Sequence record: PV808483.1
DNA from: a phage
Reading direction: 5' to 3' (one strand)
Length of the DNA stretch: 57,756 bases
The notes beneath the pieces were generated by a model. That model did not search any database. It saw only the letters and a list, made by a program, of their open reading frames with translations, and had not been told where the DNA came from. Positions 9,861 to 18,711 of this stretch are shown here, piece after piece (the stretch's first letter is position 1; every line of letters starts with the position of its first letter). The position numbers were made by a program, and so were the translations under genes.

Positions 9861-10195
9861 AATTCTATAGCCTTTGTCAGATATGAATGTTTCAGAACTT
9901 CACAAATTGTGTCATAATATTCAAATGTAACAGCAATAGTGTCAGCCGTTCGCTGATAGAAAAGAAAACCCTGATCATCCAATTGTTCAAGTATTTCAAT
10001 TTCTTCACTTGAACAATTACCGGAAATTATTTTCCCACCATTCAATACACAGTGAAGAATGAAAGGTAATAAACGTAACTCATGTTTGGTTAACTCGCGT
10101 TTAGTTTTAAACTGATATAATTGTTTCAGTTCATCGGTAACCATTCCACGGTGTTCTGGTTTTACTGGTATTAACATGTTCATCACTCCTTTCAT
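9857..10195 (-). CDS. hypothetical protein
   Basis: 112-aa ORF. Confidence 0.45.
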   Translation of the reverse strand: MKGVMNMLIPVKPEHRGMVTDELKQLYQFKTKRELTKHELRLLPFILHCVLNGGKIISGNCSSEEIEILEQLDDQGFLFYQRTADTIAVTFEYYDTICEVLKHSYLTKAIEL

Positions 10196-10424
10196 TTATA
10201 ATAAAGTTCTTTTTCAAGCCTGATGATTTGTTCTTTCAACCACGAAAGTTCTAAAAGAGTTTGTTTACCCCACGCCATCACTTCGGCATACCGTTTACAC
10301 TCATAACTGTGTTTTTTACGCTCGTAACAAGTAAGATGTCGCTGATGGCATGTGCTATTTAAAAGGTGAAACCTTATATTTACACTAACGCTGTTTTCAA
10401 TTAAATCATCATTTATGCAATCGT

Positions 10425-10625
10425 TTACATTGCGCCAGTCTTGTCGCGTTTTTTAGTGTGACCAGCAGCAATTAAGCGTTTTTCTACTTGGTCATTATAA
10501 GTTTTTAAAAGTTCGTCGCGCATTACTCGACATGTTTCACACGGGCATTTCATAACAGGTTCAGTACAAGCATTAGGATCTAATGACGCAATACCAAAAC
10601 CACTACCGTTGCCGTACATACTCAC
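10425..10625 (-). CDS. small Cys-rich protein with RLIAAGHTKKR motif
   Basis: 66-aa ORF first downstream of the promoter at 10650..10695. Confidence 0.45.
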   Translation of the reverse strand: MSMYGNGSGFGIASLDPNACTEPVMKCPCETCRVMRDELLKTYNDQVEKRLIAAGHTKKRDKTGAM

Positions 10626-10649
10626 TACTCCTGTTCAGTTGATGGTGAA

Positions 10650-10695
10650 AGCATAACCACGTATCTGTAATCCGTCAAGAATTATTTTAACACCG
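10650..10695 (-). promoter_or_regulatory. sigma70-like promoter, UP element + TTGACG, 17-bp spacer, TATGCT
   Basis: Copy of the conserved promoter element. Confidence 0.5.
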
Positions 10696-10760
10696 TGCAA
10701 AAAAACCATCACTGATATAACATACGTTAAGAACCGTAAACCGTATGGAGCCTGTAGAAC

Positions 10761-12116
10761 ATGGCTGATCAGCAATTCGAACAACTAGCCGTTGCCGGGT
10801 ACAGTCGAACAGGCAACCAGGTAAACGACGACTTCCTTCCTAAACTGAACGGTAAACAAGGCCGTCGTATTCTTCGTCAGATGGCTGAGAACGACGAAAC
10901 TATTGGCGGTGTGTTATTCGCCATGAGTAGCGTTTATCGTTCTGTACAGTGGATTTTTGATCCGTCTGACAAAGATGATCCAGAAGCTATTCGTTATTCA
11001 GAATGGTTGCAGGACGCTATTGAAAATAAAATGGGTGATCCGCGTGGTGCACTCCCGGATGATACTTGGTCCGCGTTCGTTCAGACATGGACAGACGTTG
11101 ATGTATTCGGCTGGGGTTGGTATGACATTTGGGTGAAAGACCTTGATGACGGTACAGTGGGTATTGCCCGTCTGGTTCCTGTAGCACCTGAAACGCTTGC
11201 TGGCTGGGATATTGAAGAGCCGACAGGTTATGTTCGTGGTATTTATCAACGTTCACCTAACCAGGGTACAACGACGTTAATCACGCGTGACCGTTCGCTT
11301 CATTTGATTTCAAGTCCGAATAAAGGTAACCCAGAAGGTTTATCACTGCTGCGCACAGCTTATCGTCCGTGGTATTACAAAAAAGTGAATATGGAAATCG
11401 AATCCATACTTGCCGAACGTGGTACAGGGTTCCCGGTAATTACTGTTAACGCAGATATTAAGAAAGCGGCTAATGACCCTAATGTTCCTGAACAACAGCG
11501 TCAGGCAGCACAGGCGATGATTGATAACTATGAAAACATCGTTGCTAATATCAAACGCAATGAACAATCAGGACTGGTGATTTATTCTAAACCGTATATC
11601 ACGGGTTATGATAACGAAACAGGTGTTACCACGTATGGTGGTGAACAACAGGTGAAACTGGAATTTGTTACACCTAACCAGACCAGTTCTGTGGATATTG
11701 ACCGGACGATTAAACGCCTGGATACCAGTATTGCTCGCGCATTACTGGCAGATTTCATGTTTTTCGGAAGGGTGGGTAATACCGGGAATAACGCTAACCT
11801 GGGTAGTCGTACTGAACTGTGGATCCGCGCAATGCAATCACGTATTGATAGCATTGTAGAATGTGTTAATCGTCAGTTAATACCACAGTTATGGTCATTA
11901 AACGCATTTCCTGATGAATACCGCCCGTCGATTCGCGCCGGGTCGATCAGTAAAGATAGTATTGAAACGTTGACCACTGCACTTGCACGACTTGCACAAG
12001 CTGGCGCACCTGTATTCCCGGATCCAGACCTTCAGGAATACGTATATAAAGAGGCGGGTCTACCTATTACGGGAATTGATAAAGCCGGGGACGGATTACC
12101 GTCTATTGACGACTGA
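10761..12116 (+). CDS. probable portal protein
   Basis: 451 aa; size and composition; GGAG upstream; assignment is positional and by general resemblance only. Confidence 0.5.
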   Translation: MADQQFEQLAVAGYSRTGNQVNDDFLPKLNGKQGRRILRQMAENDETIGGVLFAMSSVYRSVQWIFDPSDKDDPEAIRYSEWLQDAIENKMGDPRGALPDDTWSAFVQTWTDVDVFGWGWYDIWVKDLDDGTVGIARLVPVAPETLAGWDIEEPTGYVRGIYQRSPNQGTTTLITRDRSLHLISSPNKGNPEGLSLLRTAYRPWYYKKVNMEIESILAERGTGFPVITVNADIKKAANDPNVPEQQRQAAQAMIDNYENIVANIKRNEQSGLVIYSKPYITGYDNETGVTTYGGEQQVKLEFVTPNQTSSVDIDRTIKRLDTSIARALLADFMFFGRVGNTGNNANLGSRTELWIRAMQSRIDSIVECVNRQLIPQLWSLNAFPDEYRPSIRAGSISKDSIETLTTALARLAQAGAPVFPDPDLQEYVYKEAGLPITGIDKAGDGLPSIDD

Positions 12117-12150
12117 ATAAAAAAGGGACCGAAACTGGTCCCTTAATTTT
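12117..12150. terminator. bidirectional terminator AAGGGACC-GAAACT-GGTCCCTT between convergent genes
   Basis: Hairpin with T-runs on both strands. Confidence 0.65.
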
Positions 12151-12481
12151 ACTTAGTTTCAGGCTGCACGATTGACAGTAATTTACTCGCTTCATCAACC
12201 GCAGTCTGAATACGAGTCTGTAACGGATAACTGTTGTTGATCGCACGTTCCAGCGTTTTATCAAGCAATTGCAGTTTGACTTCATCATCGCCAGTGAACG
12301 CGTACATATCAGCAACAACTTCCTTAAACTGTGATGCTTTCTCAACGATAGTTGTGGTTACAATGTAGTTCCAGACTTTGTTAAGTAGTTTAAATTTCAC
12401 TTCGTTGTCAGCAACTGCATCAACCAGAATTTCAGCAGCAGTCTTGTCATATTTAACAAGTTCAAGAATTTCAAAACGCAT
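12149..12481 (-). CDS. hypothetical protein with internal duplication
   Basis: 110 aa; DNEVKFKLLNKV and DDEVKLQLLDKT repeats. Confidence 0.45.
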   Translation of the reverse strand: MRFEILELVKYDKTAAEILVDAVADNEVKFKLLNKVWNYIVTTTIVEKASQFKEVVADMYAFTGDDEVKLQLLDKTLERAINNSYPLQTRIQTAVDEASKLLSIVQPETK

Positions 12482-12496
12482 TTAAGTCTTCTCCTG

Positions 12497-12841
12497 TCAG
12501 TTAACATACTTCGCGATCAGTTTATCACAGTCCTCGCGACAGGTAGCATACTTAAACAGGTCACTGGCTGCTTCTGCGCGGTAGTCAGTATCAATGGTGT
12601 AATGTTCATTAACATAGTTATAGGCTGCAAGGTAATTGCTGAACATCCCCGTGGTTACTACTTTCGGTTGTTCCCTTACGAATTTACCGTTAAACAGATA
12701 TGCGATTAGTAGAATCAGACCACCGATCACAGGACTTGTGAGAAATGCGATAAAGAACCATACACCAGGGTTGCGACCCGTTTGTTTGGCAACACCCGCG
12801 ACAACCAAAGAGAAAAGAACCCATAAAATAACGAATAACAT
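12497..12841 (-). CDS. membrane protein
   Basis: 114 aa; N-terminal pair of transmembrane helices. Confidence 0.5.
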   Translation of the reverse strand: MLFVILWVLFSLVVAGVAKQTGRNPGVWFFIAFLTSPVIGGLILLIAYLFNGKFVREQPKVVTTGMFSNYLAAYNYVNEHYTIDTDYRAEAASDLFKYATCREDCDKLIAKYVN

Positions 12842-12871
12842 GATTGTGTCCTCCTTTGTTTTGATGTTTGT

Positions 12872-12915
12872 AGGTTACACGTCCTTGTGTAATCCGTCAA
12901 GAATTATTTTAAATT
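12872..12915 (-). promoter_or_regulatory. sigma70-like promoter, UP element + TTGACG, 17-bp spacer, TAACCT
   Basis: Copy of the conserved element; nearly identical over ~50 bp to the copy at 27447..27492. Confidence 0.5.
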
Positions 12916-13152
12916 ATCGTAGACAGGCGGTAAACCCATTGCGGCCTGTATAGACCGTTTTTCGTATTCCTCCCGAAGTTTCTGAAGCTGTTCAATACCG
13001 ATGTCACAACCACGCATAATATCAGCGCACAGGTCGTTATAGGTCGCTTCAGATTGCTTGCTGTGTGGGTAATCAACACAGGATGGATCTGCAATAATGA
13101 CTTTCGGCAGATACGCGACAGTATCGCCCATTGCGTTTTTAAATATCGTCAT
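12904..13152 (-). CDS. hypothetical protein
   Basis: 82-aa ORF. Confidence 0.4.
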   Translation of the reverse strand: MTIFKNAMGDTVAYLPKVIIADPSCVDYPHSKQSEATYNDLCADIMRGCDIGIEQLQKLREEYEKRSIQAAMGLPPVYDNLK

Positions 13153-13478
13153 AAATATGACCCTACAATTGCAGCACAGTTGACGATCGCTAAACGCGTT
13201 GCTTTTTCACGGTCTTCTCCGTGGCTAACTGGTTGTTTATAACTAACGCCAGTGTCAGGGTTATTAACCGTCACTTCGTTGTCACGAATATCCAGATCCA
13301 TGTACATGTTAACCATCAGACTGAAAGCATCCTCATTACGTGTAAGAGGATTCCACAGGCGACCATTACCTATATCAATACCTTCGTTTATGTAACGTTC
13401 GTCGTACGCGACGTAATATTTACCCTGGATTTCAGCAGCCCGTGCTGCGTTGACTAATAAATCACGATTGTTCATCAT
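13149..13478 (-). CDS. hypothetical protein
   Basis: 109-aa ORF with start/stop overlap to the dUTPase gene. Confidence 0.45.
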   Translation of the reverse strand: MMNNRDLLVNAARAAEIQGKYYVAYDERYINEGIDIGNGRLWNPLTRNEDAFSLMVNMYMDLDIRDNEVTVNNPDTGVSYKQPVSHGEDREKATRLAIVNCAAIVGSYL

Positions 13479-13978
13479 ACCCGTCCTGTTGATCCAAACC
13501 CGCCATTACGCTGACTATCAACATCTGGTAATTCTTCCACTTCAACCAGGTTAACAGGTTCGACACGTTCAACCATAAGCTGACAAACACGTTCACCGTC
13601 TGCGATAGTCTGTAATTTCTGCCCGTGGTTAGTCAGCGTAACGTAGTATTCTTCTTTGTAATCACGATCACCGATACCCACACAGTTGATCAGTGACAAA
13701 CCGTGTTTAAGACTCATGCCGGAACGTGGATAGAATTTAATGCAATATCCGCTATCAACTGACATTTTCAGACCAGTTGGGATCATAGCGCGGTCGCCTG
13801 GCCATAATGCGATTGTTCCTGCAACAACCGGACGTTCCACTTTAGCGCCTGATTCCGTGAATATAGTTACCGATTCTTCCCACAGGCAAGCACGAACGTC
13901 TAACCCTGCGCTGTCCGGTGTTGCACGTGTCGGAAGTTCAGCGCGGGGTGTTAGTTTTTTGATATACAGGTTAGTCAT
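13475..13978 (-). CDS. dut: dUTP diphosphatase (dUTPase)
   Basis: C-terminal RNGGFGSTG motif and AGLDVRA motif typical of trimeric dUTPases. Confidence 0.75.
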   Translation of the reverse strand: MTNLYIKKLTPRAELPTRATPDSAGLDVRACLWEESVTIFTESGAKVERPVVAGTIALWPGDRAMIPTGLKMSVDSGYCIKFYPRSGMSLKHGLSLINCVGIGDRDYKEEYYVTLTNHGQKLQTIADGERVCQLMVERVEPVNLVEVEELPDVDSQRNGGFGSTGRV

Positions 13979-14012
13979 TGTTTGATTCCTCAGTGTGTTT
14001 CGTTCGTGACAA

Positions 14013-14057
14013 ATGTTAGTGTTACTGCTTGCAATGTGTCAAGAATTATTTTAAACT
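14013..14057 (-). promoter_or_regulatory. sigma70-like promoter, UP element + TTGACA, 18-bp spacer, TAACAT; a possible divergent + strand promoter TTGCAA-N17-TAAACT overlaps it at 14028-14056
   Basis: Copy of the conserved element; face-to-face -35 boxes TTGCAATGTGTCAA. Confidence 0.45.
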
Positions 14058-14085
14058 TCTGTCAACGTTAACCAATGAGGAATAA

Positions 14086-14745
14086 ATGATGCGTAACTTT
14101 AACTGGAGTGAAGCACCTAACTGGGCTACATGTGTTGTTAAACCGAAAATTAAAGAACTCAGTGATGATTATCACTGGTCAGAAGAACCCTGTGCATCTG
14201 CACGCGTGATGAGAATTGAAACAGGTATTGGATTTACAATGAACTGTGAAAATTTCTGGGAAATCGTTGAAAAACGCCCTGTAGGTTCACCACGGGATGT
14301 AACGGTTACTCGTGTTAACGACGACCAGTTAGTCAAATATGGTTATACTATTCATACCAATGATAAAATAGCAAAATATGAACAACCATCAACAGTAACC
14401 CGTGCGTCTAGACCAACACCACCTTCAAATTGTCGGTGTACATTCACACCTGTTCAACAACCATCAACAGCGTCTGACTTGCTGAAACAGGCTGAACAGC
14501 TACTGACAGAACGTGGTAAGCAGTATGACACGTCTGGTCAGGAACGTTCGCCAGCTAAAATCGTTGCTGCGTTTAACACAATTACCGGGCGCGACTTAAC
14601 ACCGGGTGAAGGGTGGTTGTTTTTGATGTTGTTAAAAGCGGTTCGTTTCTATTCCAACACTGAAACACCACATCGTGACAGTCTGGAAGACCTGATCAGC
14701 TATGCTGCATTACACGCAGAGGAATATCTTAACAATGAACGGTGA
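14086..14745 (+). CDS. hypothetical protein
   Basis: 219 aa; GAGG upstream; no family recognised. Confidence 0.5.
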   Translation: MMRNFNWSEAPNWATCVVKPKIKELSDDYHWSEEPCASARVMRIETGIGFTMNCENFWEIVEKRPVGSPRDVTVTRVNDDQLVKYGYTIHTNDKIAKYEQPSTVTRASRPTPPSNCRCTFTPVQQPSTASDLLKQAEQLLTERGKQYDTSGQERSPAKIVAAFNTITGRDLTPGEGWLFLMLLKAVRFYSNTETPHRDSLEDLISYAALHAEEYLNNER

Positions 14746-14917
14746 ACAGGCATTCGATCTTCTGGTTAAATACGACATTATTGTTATTCACTGTGACCGT
14801 GAACAAATCGTTTTCACAGATGATCTTTGTTATGAAGAACCTTATGACGGTGATAAACGGTCTGCCACGATTCGGTTAATCGAACGTGTGGCACGTGACA
14901 GAGGGGAACTATTATAA
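14735..14917 (+). CDS. hypothetical small protein
   Basis: ORF 14702..14917 trimmed to the ATG at 14735. Confidence 0.35.
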   Translation: MNGEQAFDLLVKYDIIVIHCDREQIVFTDDLCYEEPYDGDKRSATIRLIERVARDRGELL

Positions 14918-15111
14918 TGGTTCAAACTATTTCTGAATTACTACCCACCGTTTATGGCAACGTGACAGAACTTGCCAGGCGGATTGGGTGTAACAAAGCG
15001 ACAGTTTATAAATATATGGATGACACCAACGGTGAATTTCACGCGGTGGTGAATGGTAAGTTGATGGTCAGACCCGGTTTTAAAGGACGTTATAATCGTG
15101 ACAAAAGATGA
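14917..15111 (+). CDS. putative HTH DNA-binding protein
   Basis: 64 aa; TELARRIGCNKATVYKY helix-turn-helix-like segment. Confidence 0.4.
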   Translation: MVQTISELLPTVYGNVTELARRIGCNKATVYKYMDDTNGEFHAVVNGKLMVRPGFKGRYNRDKR

Positions 15112-15245
15112 AAAATTATTACGTGAACTTGAAATAGACTACGAACGAGCACAAAAAGCGTTACAGTTTCTGGAAGAACAGATTCGCGAAGTTAAGAACC
15201 GCATTCAGGGAACTGAAAAACGTAATCTTCCACGCCCGTAACACG

Positions 15246-15254
15246 TGATATAAT
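15246..15254 (+). promoter_or_regulatory. extended -10 promoter element TGATATAAT
   Basis: Perfect TATAAT with upstream TG, 30 nt before the ATG at 15284. Confidence 0.4.
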
Positions 15255-15255
15255 C

Positions 15256-15283
15256 AGCCTCAGTGTGTTAACTGAGGCTTTTT
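15256..15283 (+). terminator. palindromic hairpin AGCCTCAG-TGTGTTAA-CTGAGGCT + TTTT abutting the start codon; sequesters the GAGG Shine-Dalgarno
   Basis: Read directly; the same element occurs inverted at 52336..52360. Confidence 0.5.
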
Positions 15284-16243
15284 ATGGCTACTAAAGACCC
15301 ATACCCGGATATTTCAGACAAGTATGACGCTCGTATTCGTGAAGCACTTGATATTGTGTGGGAAAACGTGCGTCGTAGTGAGTCGTTAGCTAACCTGGAA
15401 TACATCATTGAAACTCAGGGTATTGCCGGATTACTACCCATTCTTGAAACACTCCCTGATGAACTTAGTGCACAGTTGCGCCCGGTTATTGAAGATGCTA
15501 TCGCCGAATCAGGTCGTGTAGTCGTTCAGGTTTTACCGAAAGCGGCTGTGACAGGTCCGGTTGTGTTCAGTCTGGTCACACCACAGGTCAGTACATACAT
15601 CAACAACTATGTCGGACAACTGATCCGTGAAGTCAGTGACGAAACAGTCAAAGCTGTTCAGATTGCTGTTAACCAGGGTGTGGTAACCGGACGAAATCCG
15701 CGTCAGATAGCCCGTGATTTTCGATCATCAATAGGGTTGACCACGCGGCAGGAAATGACGGTTCAACGTCTGCGATCAGCACTGGAAAAAGGTGAAGCAG
15801 GTTATGTGAACAGTCTGACCACTGTTACAGACAGTGCGAAGAACGCTGTAAGTGCCGGGAAACTATCACAGGCGAAGATTGACCAGATAATCGAACAGAC
15901 ACGTTTACGTTACGTAAAACAGCGCACAGAAACAATAGCGCGTACTGAATCACTTCGTGCTGTATCCGTTGGTCAGGACCAGGCAATACATCAGGGACAG
16001 ATTACCGGGATTATTAGTAATGAATTATTAAAACGTTGGTTGTACAGGAAGGATGGTAGGACACGTGACGCGCATATTTCCACAGGTGAAACGAACGGCT
16101 GGATACCAATGGACAGACCGTTTTCAACGCCGTTAGGACCACTTATGTTTCCTCGTGATCCTAACGGTAGTGCCGCGAATGTGATTAATTGTCGTTGCAG
16201 GGTACAGTACAGTTTGCCGGAAGATATTGGTTCGTTGGGTTAA
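15284..16243 (+). CDS. MuF-like head morphogenesis protein (minor capsid protein)
   Basis: 319 aa; ARTESLRAV...RTRDAHI...NCRCRV pattern typical of Phage_Mu_F/SPP1 gp7-like proteins. Confidence 0.7.
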   Translation: MATKDPYPDISDKYDARIREALDIVWENVRRSESLANLEYIIETQGIAGLLPILETLPDELSAQLRPVIEDAIAESGRVVVQVLPKAAVTGPVVFSLVTPQVSTYINNYVGQLIREVSDETVKAVQIAVNQGVVTGRNPRQIARDFRSSIGLTTRQEMTVQRLRSALEKGEAGYVNSLTTVTDSAKNAVSAGKLSQAKIDQIIEQTRLRYVKQRTETIARTESLRAVSVGQDQAIHQGQITGIISNELLKRWLYRKDGRTRDAHISTGETNGWIPMDRPFSTPLGPLMFPRDPNGSAANVINCRCRVQYSLPEDIGSLG

Positions 16244-16470
16244 TCAGGTTCACGCCAGTCAAGAGGTCGCACATCACATAACAGACGAACATTATCTTCA
16301 AATTTTATGTTTATCCTGTGATGTGCAGTATCGTTTTCATAAACAGATGGCCATATTTCATAACCCTGAACAGTTCGTGCCACCCACTTGTTAATGCTTG
16401 CCAGATGGATCAACACTTCACAACCAACGGGAGGAAGGTTTTTACCATCCCATATTTGTTTCATTCCCAT
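16240..16470 (-). CDS. hypothetical protein
   Basis: 76-aa ORF. Confidence 0.4.
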   Translation of the reverse strand: MGMKQIWDGKNLPPVGCEVLIHLASINKWVARTVQGYEIWPSVYENDTAHHRINIKFEDNVRLLCDVRPLDWREPD

Positions 16471-16679
16471 TATTTGCGCAACTCCTGTTTAACTGCATTT
16501 TCAATATCATCTAATGCTTTAATCTCGTGATCCCAGTACAAACGGTCATCGGTTCCTTCTACTATATCTGGTGGGTTTGCGTGTTCACGAGCGATTTTCA
16601 AAGCATCACGCCAGTTTTCAATATGAGTACTGATCATATCAGCGAGATTTGAATGACCTTTGTAATCTACGTTTTTCAT
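16470..16679 (-). CDS. hypothetical protein
   Basis: ORF 16470..16859 trimmed to the ATG at 16679. Confidence 0.35.
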   Translation of the reverse strand: MKNVDYKGHSNLADMISTHIENWRDALKIAREHANPPDIVEGTDDRLYWDHEIKALDDIENAVKQELRK

Positions 16680-16890
16680 TATTTTCAGAATCCTTAATTT
16701 CTTGTAAAAGTTTGAAACCGTAATCGCCCATTTTTCGATCAAACCACGGTTTCTGTGTTTTAGCATAGGTATATGCTTTTTTGCCGTATACGTAGTGTGC
16801 GCCATAACTACCGAACTGACATTTCGGACAACCAACACCCGTGTTAAAAATCCATTCACAGGAGGCGCACACTCTTAGTTTAGCTGTCAT
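16639..16890 (-). CDS. small zinc-ribbon protein
   Basis: CxxC...CPKC pattern; start at ATG 16890 with AGGAG upstream. Confidence 0.45.
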   Translation of the reverse strand: MTAKLRVCASCEWIFNTGVGCPKCQFGSYGAHYVYGKKAYTYAKTQKPWFDRKMGDYGFKLLQEIKDSENNEKRRLQRSFKSR

Positions 16891-16895
16891 AGTGG

Positions 16896-17171
16896 TTACT
16901 CCTGTTTCTCCCCGCAGAACGGACAATAAGACATTTTGATGTTGGTTTCCAGGCGTGTGAAGTTCTTCGCCAATTCACCGTTTTTCTTTTTAGCACGGTA
17001 TGCAAGACGATATTTCAACATAACGTGAATTTTACCAGACGTCAGACCGAAACACTGATTATCCCAGCCAACTTTATCAAACAGGTTAGTGCTGACTTCC
17101 GAACCTACTGGTACTTTTTCCATCAGACGTTTTTGAAGTTCGTCACCAACTTTTTTCATACAGTCACACAT
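16896..17171 (-). CDS. small Cys-rich protein
   Basis: MCDC N-terminus and CPFCG C-terminus. Confidence 0.45.
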   Translation of the reverse strand: MCDCMKKVGDELQKRLMEKVPVGSEVSTNLFDKVGWDNQCFGLTSGKIHVMLKYRLAYRAKKKNGELAKNFTRLETNIKMSYCPFCGEKQE

Positions 17172-17547
17172 TACGCGCACCTCGATAGTCGTCTTAATTT
17201 AACGATCAACCTTGTGACTTTACTCCAGTCAGATTCAGTAAAGTCGTCCACATCTTTAGCCCATAACTCATTAACATGTCGTGGGTTATATGGTTCTTTC
17301 TTAACTGGCTATTTCCGTTTCTTTTTACCCATAGGTTATAACCCAAGTAAAAGTTTAAGCGCACATTTACGAGCATCGTTGACCATTTTTAATAATTCTT
17401 GTGTATCAATGGTGCGATCAGCGTGTTTAATCAGTTCATTCATACTATTAACCTCTTACTATTCCTACGACCACAGGTGCTGCGAAAATCATGAAAGCCA
17501 GTATGTAGTAAATCATCGCATGTCTCCTTTTTCTTCCTGTTAACCAC

Positions 17548-17592
17548 AGGGTAGTTGTGTCGGTGTAATTTGTCAAGAATTATTTTAAAGAT
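17548..17592 (-). promoter_or_regulatory. sigma70-like promoter, UP element + TTGACA, 17-bp spacer, TACCCT
   Basis: Copy of the conserved element on the left edge of the internal AT-rich region. Confidence 0.5.
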
Positions 17593-17882
17593 ACAGTTAA
17601 TACAGAACGTGTACTAGCTGCACATGGTTTTACATAGGTTTCATGATTTTGAGTTGCAGCTAATACATAACGTGTATTAGTAGATCATGGATTCATAGAT
17701 TTCGTCATGTTTATTTTTTAACCAACCCTTCTCTATCTTATTCTTTTTATTATCTTTTTATAATAAAAACATAATAAACATAATAAACATAGATAAATAG
17801 AAGAGTAGTATAAGTAGTATAAGTTGCTGCAAGTAGGAGAGGTTTAAAAGGTATAGAGAGTCGCATACTTCCCATGAATCTA
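17593..17882. repeat. internal AT-rich region homologous to the window-junction region, with a shared CATAGATTTCGTCATGTTTATTTTTT core and iteron-like motifs
   Basis: ~100-bp near-identical stretch shared with 57690..57756 plus 1..60; flanked by divergent promoters. Confidence 0.6.
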
Positions 17883-17926
17883 TACGTAAAATAATTCTTG
17901 ACGGATTACACCGACACAACTACCCT
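17883..17926 (+). promoter_or_regulatory. sigma70-like promoter, UP element + TTGACG, 17-bp spacer, TACCCT
   Basis: Mirror-image partner of the promoter at 17548..17592. Confidence 0.5.
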
Positions 17927-17956
17927 GTGGTTAAGAAAACAAGAAGGGTTGAATGT

Positions 17957-18304
17957 ATGGATCCGAACATCAGAGTTGCTACAGACGAATTCATTCGTCG
18001 CGCCCGTAAAATTCACGGTGATCGTTACGACTACTCATTCAGCATTGTTGAAGATAGTTCCAGCACAGTGGTTATTATTGACTGTGAAACTAACACAGTG
18101 TTTTTCCAGGTTGTCGCTGAACATCTGGACGGTGTTGAACCAGTAACGACTGCTGTTGAACCAGTAACGACTGCTGTTGAACCGATCAAGAATCTTTCTG
18201 AGATATTCGGTAACGTTGTAAACAGCGTGTATCACCAGTGCAATTATTCATCCGAAATGTTAGAATTTAGTCATGTTGAAACAATACGAGGACAATCCCC
18301 GTGA
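17957..18304 (+). CDS. hypothetical protein carrying a degenerate copy of the endonuclease N-terminal repeat and a VEPVTTA tandem repeat
   Basis: FIRRARKIHGDRYDYSFSIV resembles FITRAREVHGDRYDYSLV of 26624..27235 but lacks the Cys/His ligands; 21-bp tandem repeat at about 18129-18185. Confidence 0.45.
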   Translation: MDPNIRVATDEFIRRARKIHGDRYDYSFSIVEDSSSTVVIIDCETNTVFFQVVAEHLDGVEPVTTAVEPVTTAVEPIKNLSEIFGNVVNSVYHQCNYSSEMLEFSHVETIRGQSP

Positions 18305-18711
18305 TTAACGTAAAAGTTAATAAGGTTGACAACTCACTACGTATGGTATTCGGTTGGGGTAGTATCTGTAAAAAACGTAATCAGGAGACAGGTCAGTTAG
18401 AAATTTACACAGACACGGACAACGAGCAATTTCCCGAGGATGTCACCCTGAAAGCATGGATGGACTTCATGAATTCTGATCAGCGCATCATGGACAATAT
18501 GCACAATGAACAACCTGTTGGGAAAGTTGTGTTTGCGTTCCCGATGACTGAAGACATTGCGGCAAGTTTTGGGCTGGTTGATAAACTGGATCAGACAGGC
18601 GTCATTGTTGGTACGTTGATAACTGATGACGAAGTTTTGAAAAAGTTTCAGACTGGTGAATATACGGGATATAGTATCGGTGGAACTGCATATTATGAGG
18701 ATGTGGAATAA
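18301..18711 (+). CDS. XkdF-like protein, putative prohead protease
   Basis: 136 aa; FGWGS...MH...GKVVF...GYSIGG pattern; immediately precedes scaffold-like and capsid genes. Confidence 0.5.
   Translation: MINVKVNKVDNSLRMVFGWGSICKKRNQETGQLEIYTDTDNEQFPEDVTLKAWMDFMNSDQRIMDNMHNEQPVGKVVFAFPMTEDIAASFGLVDKLDQTGVIVGTLITDDEVLKKFQTGEYTGYSIGGTAYYEDVE

Noticed and set aside
17025-17543. 172-aa forward-strand ORF
   Set aside because: It runs antisense across several short reverse-strand genes that sit downstream of the promoter at 17548..17592, and has no ribosome-binding site.
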